64,000 bases of DNA from Heterodontus francisci (lineage: Eukaryota): positions 17,132,264-17,196,263 of the forward strand of contig NC_090384.1 of assembly GCF_036365525.1 (NCBI RefSeq), read 5' to 3'. The position numbers and the translations under genes were made by a program. The notes under the pieces were generated by a model, which was given only the letters and a program-made list of their open reading frames with translations, made no database searches and was not told where the DNA came from. Each line of letters begins with the position of its first letter. Within the stretch, counting starts at the first letter, position 1. Of this stretch, positions 62,773 to 64,000 are shown in pieces.

Positions 62773-64000
62773 CTAACAAACTTGATTGAATTTTTTGAGG
62801 CGGTGACTAGATATGTGGATGAGGGTAAAGCAGTTGATGTAGTCTACATGGACTTCAGTAAGGCTTTTGATAAGGTCCCGCATGGGAGATTGGTTAAGAA
62901 GGTAAGAGCCTGTGGGATCCATGGCAATTTAGCAAATTGGATCCAAAATTGGCTTAGTGGCAGGAGGCAGGAGGTGATGGTTGAGGGTTGTTTTTGTGAG
63001 TGGAAGCCTATGACCAATGGTGTACTGCAGGGATCGGTGCAGGAACCCTTGCTGTTTGTAGTGTACATTAATGATTTAGACGTGACTATCGGAGGTATGA
63101 TCAGTAAGTTTGCAGATGACACAAAATTTGATGGTGTTGTAAATAATGAGGAGGAAAGCCTTAGATTACAAGACGATAGAGATGGGCTGGTAAGATGGGC
63201 CGAGCAGTGGCAAATGGAATTTAATTCTGAGAAGTGTGAGGTGATGCATTTTGGGAGGACTAACAAAGCAAGGGAATATACAATGGATGGTAGGACCCTA
63301 GGAATACAGAGGGACCTTGGTGTACTTGTCCATAGATCACTGAAGGCAGCAGCACAGGTAGTTAAGGTAGTTGTGAAGGCGTATGGGATACTTGTCTTTA
63401 TTAGCCGAGGCATAGAATATAAGAGCGGGGAGGTTATGTTGGAGCTGTGTAAAACGCTAGTTAGGCCACAACCAGAGTACTCAGTGCAGTTCTGGTCGTC
63501 ACACTATAGGAAAGGTGTGATTGCATTGGAGAGGGTACAGAGGAGATTCACCACGATGTTGCCTGGGCTGGAGAATTTCAGCTATGAAGAGAGACTGGAT
63601 AGGCTAGGGTTGTTTTCCTTCGAGAAGAGAAGGCTGAGGGGAGACCTGACTGAGGTATACAAAATTGAGGGGCATTGATAGGATAGATAGGAAGAAACTT
63701 TTTCCCTTAGTGGAGGGGCCAATAACCATGGGGCATAGATTTAAGGTAAGGGGCAGGAGGTTGAGAGGTGATTTGAGGAAAAAAAATTTTCACCCAGAGG
63801 GTGGTTGGAATCTGAAATACACTGCCTGAAGTGGTGGCAGAGGCAGGATCCCTCACAACATTTAAGAAGTATTTAGATGAGCACTTGAAATGCCATAGCA
63901 TACAAGGCTACGGGCCAAGTGCCAGAAAATGGGATTAGAATAGATCGGTGCTTGATGGTCGGCACAGACACAGTGGGCTGAAGGGCCTGTTTCTGTGCTG
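62773..64000 (+). mobile_element. CR1 LINE (unit-2 copy; 298-aa open RT fragment)
   Basis: ORF 62782..63678. Confidence 0.93.

Larger units (their letters stand above)
32238..64000. repeat. ~32.24-kb tandem segmental repeat, unit 2 (runs off the window end)
   Basis: colinear match to about 1..31758 with scattered SNPs and small indels. Confidence 0.98.

Overview
Vertebrate genomic DNA. The repeat content (CR1/HER1-type LINEs, tRNA-derived V-SINE, Harbinger, Gypsy) suggests a cartilaginous fish; this is an inference. The window is almost exactly two near-identical copies of a ~32.24-kb tandem unit: position 1 recurs at 32238, and the offset drifts from 32237 to 32244 to 32242. Most ORF-track entries are noise or transposon debris. 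Hidden on the minus strand is a dispersed array of 24-48-nt, phase-1 symmetric Thr/Ser-rich micro-exons (about 9 intact plus several decayed per unit) and possible decayed SEA-domain exons. I interpret these as the interior of a mucin-like gene amplified by a 32-kb intragenic repeat. Each unit also carries: a full-length two-gene Harbinger transposon (transposase plus spliced Myb/SANT protein), with complementary stop codons in the two units and a hyper-divergent tract; a hAT element with an 8-bp TSD; a nested Gypsy/LINE/LINE/SINE stack whose inner LINE has a tRNA-derived head and a captured intron-less MFSD2-family mRNA fragment; an inverted duplication; and a consensus CTCF motif. No searches were run, so family assignments rest on motif recognition.
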